From: Laetmonice hystrix
Lineage: Eukaryota
Length of the DNA stretch: 60,000 nt
NCBI GenBank assembly: GCA_965235115.1
Contig: OZ249436.1
Span: 9,550,001 to 9,610,000 of the forward strand
Direction: 5' to 3'
Shown: piece after piece, positions 54,301 through 60,000 of the stretch
Numbering within the stretch: the stretch's first letter is position 1
How the letters are laid out: every line of letters begins with the position of its first letter
Notes under the pieces: generated by a model
What the model was told of the DNA's origin: nothing
Database searches by the model: none
What the model saw: the letters and a program-made list of their open reading frames with translations, nothing else
Program-made: the position numbers and the translations under genes

Positions 54301-57300
54301 ACCATACAACGTTGTCGGACGCTTACAGGTGGTCAGCAGGGGACACAGATTACATGGGGGTAAATGATGGACGAAACGGATGGCCTGCCTCCTGGACAAT
54401 AAAGGCATGGAAACATGAAACATGAGGCGTCCCTATATTACTGGCTACAGTTGTATAGAAGCAAACAGTACAGTGATGCCTAAGAGTACAGGGAGGCTAA
54501 ACAGTACAGTGAAGAATCCCTACAAGGTCCTGCATTGCCTAATACCCAAGCAAACACTACAGTGAGGCCGAACAGTACAGTGAGGCCAAATAGTATACTG
54601 TGAGGCCAAGCACTACGAGAGGCCAATCAGTACTCTGGGAAGTCTCTACATCTTATCGGCTGGCCTACCACCCATGCAAACAGTTCAGTGAGGTAGTGGA
54701 AATAAAAGATATAGGAGAGGGGCATCTAAATGTTAAAATTTGGAGAAGATACTCAAATGGCAAGTAGACATATCACAACCGTTTATCTATAGCGAACGTA
54801 CGAGACCTATAGAGGTGACAGTTATACATCTGGCCTAACAATCATAATTTTGGGGGCGTAATTTCAATTTGACGTATCAAAAATGAAGCCATTTTTCGCT
54901 TATCATTGTCTCTCCCCTAAGCGCCATAGGTGCCTGCCAGCCCAATCAGGTATAAGGTGCTGATTACATGGGTAGCCGGAAGATGGCAGTGCAGTCAGAC
55001 GGAGGCCGCTTCAGTACTGCACTCTGGTGTTTGCTTCCAACCTCTCTGTCATCTGTTTCTACTTGGGGATGGGATATCTGATATAGAAAGGCGAATAACG
55101 TCATTTGCCATTGTTAATTAAACCTTTACGGCAAACATCCACTGGGTCTACCATACAACGTTGTCGGACGCTTACAGGTGGTCAGTAGGGGACACAGATT
55201 ACATGGGGGTAAATGATGGACGAAACGGATGGCCTGCCTCCTGGACAATAAAGGCATGGAAACATGAAACATCAGGCGTCCCTATATTACTGGCCACAGT
55301 TGTATAGAAGCAAACAGGACAGTGAGCCCCAAGAGTACAGGGAGGTCAAACAGTACAGTGAAGAGTCCCTACAAGGTACTGCCTTGCCTAATACCCAAGC
55401 AAACACTACAGTGAGGCCGAACGAGGCCAAGCACTACGAGAGGCCAATCAGCACTCTGGGAAGTCTCTACATCTTATCGGCTGGCCTACTACCCATGCAA
55501 CCAGTTCAGTGAGGTAGTGGAAATGAAAGATATAGGAGAGGGGCATCTAAATGTTAAAATTTGGAGAAGATACTCAAATGGCAAGTAGACATATCACAAC
55601 CGTTTATCTATAGCGAACGTACGAGACCTATAGAGGTGACAGTTATACATCTGGCCTAACAATCATAATTTTGGGGGCGTAATTTCAATTTGACGTATCA
55701 AAAATGAAGCCATTTTTCGCTTATCATTGTCTCTCCCCTAAGCGCCATAGGTGCCTGCCAGCCCGGCCAGGTATAAGGTGGTGATTACACGGGTAGCCGG
55801 AAGATGGCAGTGCAGTCAGAGGGAGGCCGCTTCAGTACTGCACTCTGGTGTTTGCTTCCAACCTCTCTGTCATCTGTTTCTACTTGGGGATGGGATATCT
55901 GATATAGAAAGGCGAATAACGTCATTTGCCATTGTTAATTAAACCTTTACGGCAAACATCCACTGGGTCTACCATACAACGTTGTCGGACGCTTACAGGT
56001 GGTGAGTAGGGGACACCGATTACATGGGGGTAAATGATGGACGAAACGGATGGCCTGCCTCCTGGACAATAAAGGCATGGAAACATGAAACATGAGGCGT
56101 CCCTATATTACTGGCCACAGTTGTCTAAAAGCAAACAGGACAGTGAGCCCCAAGAGTACAGGGAGGCCAAACAGTACAGTGAGGAGTCCCTACAAGGTAC
56201 TGCTTTGCCTAATACCCAAGCAAACACTACAGTGAGGCCGAACAGTACAGTGAGGCCAAATAGCATACTGTCAGGCCAAGCACTACGAGAGGCCAATCAG
56301 CACTCTGGGAAGTCTCTACATCTTATCGGCTGGCCTACTACCCATGCAAACAGTTCATTGAGGTAGTGGTAATGAAAGATATAGGAGAGGGGCATCTAAT
56401 GTTAAAATTTGGAGAAGATACTCAAATGGCAAGTAGACATATCACAACCGTTTATCTATAGCGAACGTACGAGACCTATAGAGGTGACAGTTATACATCT
56501 GGCCTAACAATCATAATTTTGGGGGCGTAATTTCAATTTGACGTATCAAAAATGAAGCCATTTTTCGCTTATCATTGTCTCTCCCCTAAGCGCCAGAGGT
56601 GCCTGCCAGCCCGGCCACGTATAAGGTGGTGATTACATGGGTAGCCGCAAGATGGCAGTGCAGTCAGAGCGAGGCCGCTTCAGTACTGCACTCTGGTGTT
56701 TGCTTCCAACCTCTCTGTCATCTGTTTCTATTTGGGGATGGGATATCTGATATAGAAAGGCGAATAACGTCATTTGCCATTCTTAATTAAACCTTTACGG
56801 CAAACATCCACTGGGTCTACCATACAACGTTGTCGGACGCTTACAGGTGGTCAGTAGGTGACACAGATTACATGGGGGTAAATGATGGACGAAACGGATG
56901 GCCTGCCTCCTGGACCATAAAGGCATGGAAACATGAAACATGAGGCGGCCCTATATTACTGGCCACAGTTGTATAGAAGCAAACAGGACAGTGAGCCCCA
57001 AGAGTACAGGGAGGCCAAACAGTACAGTGAGGAGTCCCTACAAGGTACTGCTTTGCCTAATACCCAAGCAAACACTACAGTGAGGCCGAACAGTACAGTG
57101 AGGCCAAATAGTATACTGTGAGGCCAAGCACTACGAGAGGCCAATCAATACTCTGGGAAGTCTCTACATCTTATCGGCTAGCCTACTACCCATGCAAACA
57201 GTTCAGTGAGGTAGTGGAAATGAAAGATATAGGAGAGGGGCATCTAAATGTTAAAATTTGGAGAAGATACTCAAATGGCAAGTAGACATATCACAACCGT

Positions 57301-60000
57301 TTATCTATAGCGAACGTACGAGACCTATAGAGGTGACAGTTATACATCTGGCCTAACAATCATAATTTTGGGGGCGTAATTTCAATTTGACGTATCAAAA
57401 ATGAAGCCATTTTTCGCTTATCATTGTCTCTCCCCTAAGCGCCATAGGTGCCTGCCAGCCCGGCCAGGTATAAGGTGGTGATTACACGGGTAGCCGGAAG
57501 ATGGCAGTGCAGTCAGAGGGAGGCCGCTTCAGTACTGCACTCTGGTGTTTGCTTCCAACCTCTCTGTCATCTGTTTCTACTTGGGGATGGGATATCTGAT
57601 ATAGAAAGGCGAATAACGTCATTTGCCATTGTTAATTAAACCTTTACGGCAAACATCCACTGGGTCTACCATACAACGTTGTCGGACGCTTACAGGTGGT
57701 GAGTAGGGGACACCGATTACATGGGGGTAAATGATGGACGAAACGGATGGCCTGCCTCCTGGACAATAAAGGCATGGAAACATGAAACATGAGGCGTCCC
57801 TATATTACTGGCCACAGTTGTCTAAAAGCAAACAGGACAGTGAGCCCCAAGAGTACAGGGAGGCCAAACAGTACAGTGAGGAGTCCCTACAAGGTACTGC
57901 TTTGCCTAATACCCAAGCAAACACTACAGTGAGGCCGAACAGTACAGTGAGGCCAAATAGCATACTGTCAGGCCAAGCACTACGAGAGGCCAATCAGCAC
58001 TCTGGGAAGTCTCTACATCTTATCGGCTGGCCTACTACCCATGCAAACAGTTCATTGAGGTAGTGGTAATGAAAGATATAGGAGAGGGGCATCTAATGTT
58101 AAAATTTGGAGAAGATACTCAAATGGCAAGTAGACATATCACAACCGTTTATCTATAGCGAACGTACGAGACCTATAGAGGTGACAGTTATACATCTGGC
58201 CTAACAATCATAATTTTGGGGGCGTAATTTCAATTTGACGTATCAAAAATGAAGCCATTTTTCGCTTATCATTGTCTCTCCCCTAAGCGCCAGAGGTGCC
58301 TGCCAGCCCGGCCACGTATAAGGTGGTGATTACATGGGTAGCCGCAAGATGGCAGTGCAGTCAGAGCGAGGCCGCTTCAGTACTGCACTCTGGTGTTTGC
58401 TTCCAACCTCTCTGTCATCTGTTTCTATTTGGGGATGGGATATCTGATATAGAAAGGCGAATAACGTCATTTGCCATTCTTAATTAAACCTTTACGGCAA
58501 ACATCCACTGGGTCTACCATACAACGTTGTCGGACGCTTACAGGTGGTCAGTAGGTGACACAGATTACATGGGGGTAAATGATGGACGAAACGGATGGCC
58601 TGCCTCCTGGACCATAAAGGCATGGAAACATAAAACATGAGGCGGCCCTATATTACTGGCCACAGTTGTATAGAAGCAAACAGGACAGTGAGCCCCAAGA
58701 GTACAGGGAGGCCAAACAGTACAGTGAGGAGTCCCTACAAGGTACTGCTTTGCCTAATACCCAAGCAAACACTACAGTGAGGCCGAACAGTACAGTGAGG
58801 CCAAATAGTATACTGTGAGGCCAAGCACTACGAGAGGCCAATCAATACTCTGGGAAGTCTCTACATCTTATCGGCTAGCCTACCACCCATGCAAACAGTT
58901 CAGTGAGGTAGTGGAAATGAAAGATATAGGCGAGGGGCATCTAATGTTAAAATTTGGAGAAGATAATCAAATGGCAAGTAGACATATCACAACCGTTTAT
59001 CTATAGCGAACGTACGAGACCTATAGAGGTGACAGTTATACATCTGGTCTAACAATCATAATTTTGGGGGCGTAATTTCAATTTGACGTATCAAAAATGA
59101 AGCCATTTTTCGCTTATCATTGTCTCTCCCCTAATGCGCCATAGGTGCCTGCCAGCCCGGCCACGTATAAGGTGGTGATTACATGGGTAGCCGGAAGATG
59201 GCAGTGCAGTCAGAGCGAGGCCGCTTCAGTACTGCACTCTGGTGTTTGCTTCCAACCTCTCTGTCATCTGTTTCTATTTGGGGATGGGATATCTGATATA
59301 GAAAGGCGAATAACGTCATTTGCCAGTGTTAATTAAACCTTTAGGCAAACATCCACTGAGTCTACCATACAACGTTGTCGGACGCTTACAGGTGGTCAGC
59401 AGGGGACACAGATTACATGGGGGTAAATGATGGACGAAACGGATGGCCTGCCTCCTGGACAATAAAGGCATGGAAACATGAAACATGAGGCGTCCCTATA
59501 TTACTGGCTACAGTTGTATAGAAGCAAACAGTACAGTGATGCCTAAGAGTACAGGGAGGCTAAACAGTACAGTGAAGAATCCCTACAAGGTCCTGCATTG
59601 CCTAATACCCAAGCAAACACTACAGTGAGGCCGAACAGTACAGTGAGGCCAAATAGTATACTGTGAGGCCAAGCACTACGAGAGGCCAATCAGTACTCTG
59701 GGAAGTCTCTACATCTTATCGGCTGGCCTACCACCCATGCAAACAGTTCAGTGAGGTAGTGGAAATAAAAGATATAGGAGAGGGGCATCTAAATGTTAAA
59801 ATTTGGAGAAGATACTCAAATGGCAAGTAGACATATCACAACCGTTTATCTATAGCGAACGTACGAGACCTATAGAGGTGACAGTTATACATCTGGCCTA
59901 ACAATCATAATTTTGGGGGCGTAATTTCAATTTGACGTATCAAAAATGAAGCCATTTTTCGCTTATCATTGTCTCTCCCCTAAGCGCCATAGGTGCCTGC

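Larger units (their letters stand above)
1..60000. repeat. Tandem satellite/macrosatellite array, ~848-bp monomer, 71 full copies (151-59992), running to both window edges
   Basis: The anchor GTGCCTGCCAGCCC recurs at 151, 999, 1847, 2695, 3516 ... 59145, and a truncated copy starts at 59993. Spacings are only 821, 847, 848 or 849 bp. No unique sequence or inversion was seen. Confidence 0.99.

Overview
The whole 60 kb window is one uninterrupted head-to-tail tandem array (complex satellite/macrosatellite) of a ~848-bp monomer. There are 71 complete copies between 151 and 59992, plus partial copies at both ends, all in the same orientation. Four monomer types (A, B, C at ~848 bp; D at 821 bp with a 28-bp deletion) are ~97% identical and form a basic 4-mer higher-order repeat (HOR) of 3365 bp. 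This HOR is interrupted by chimeric monomers and, in the distal half, partly replaced by a 6-mer HOR of 5063 bp. Private variants reveal larger block duplications of 3364, 8429 and 10972 bp. Each monomer contains a degenerate 18-bp minisatellite, an old ~75-bp internal duplication, several potential hairpins and a nearly invariant ~150-bp segment with a donor-like GT and an Sm-site-like motif. I find no credible protein gene, rRNA, tRNA, transposon or CRISPR array. A eukaryotic origin is inferred, and I do not recognise the repeat family. All counts were done by eye.
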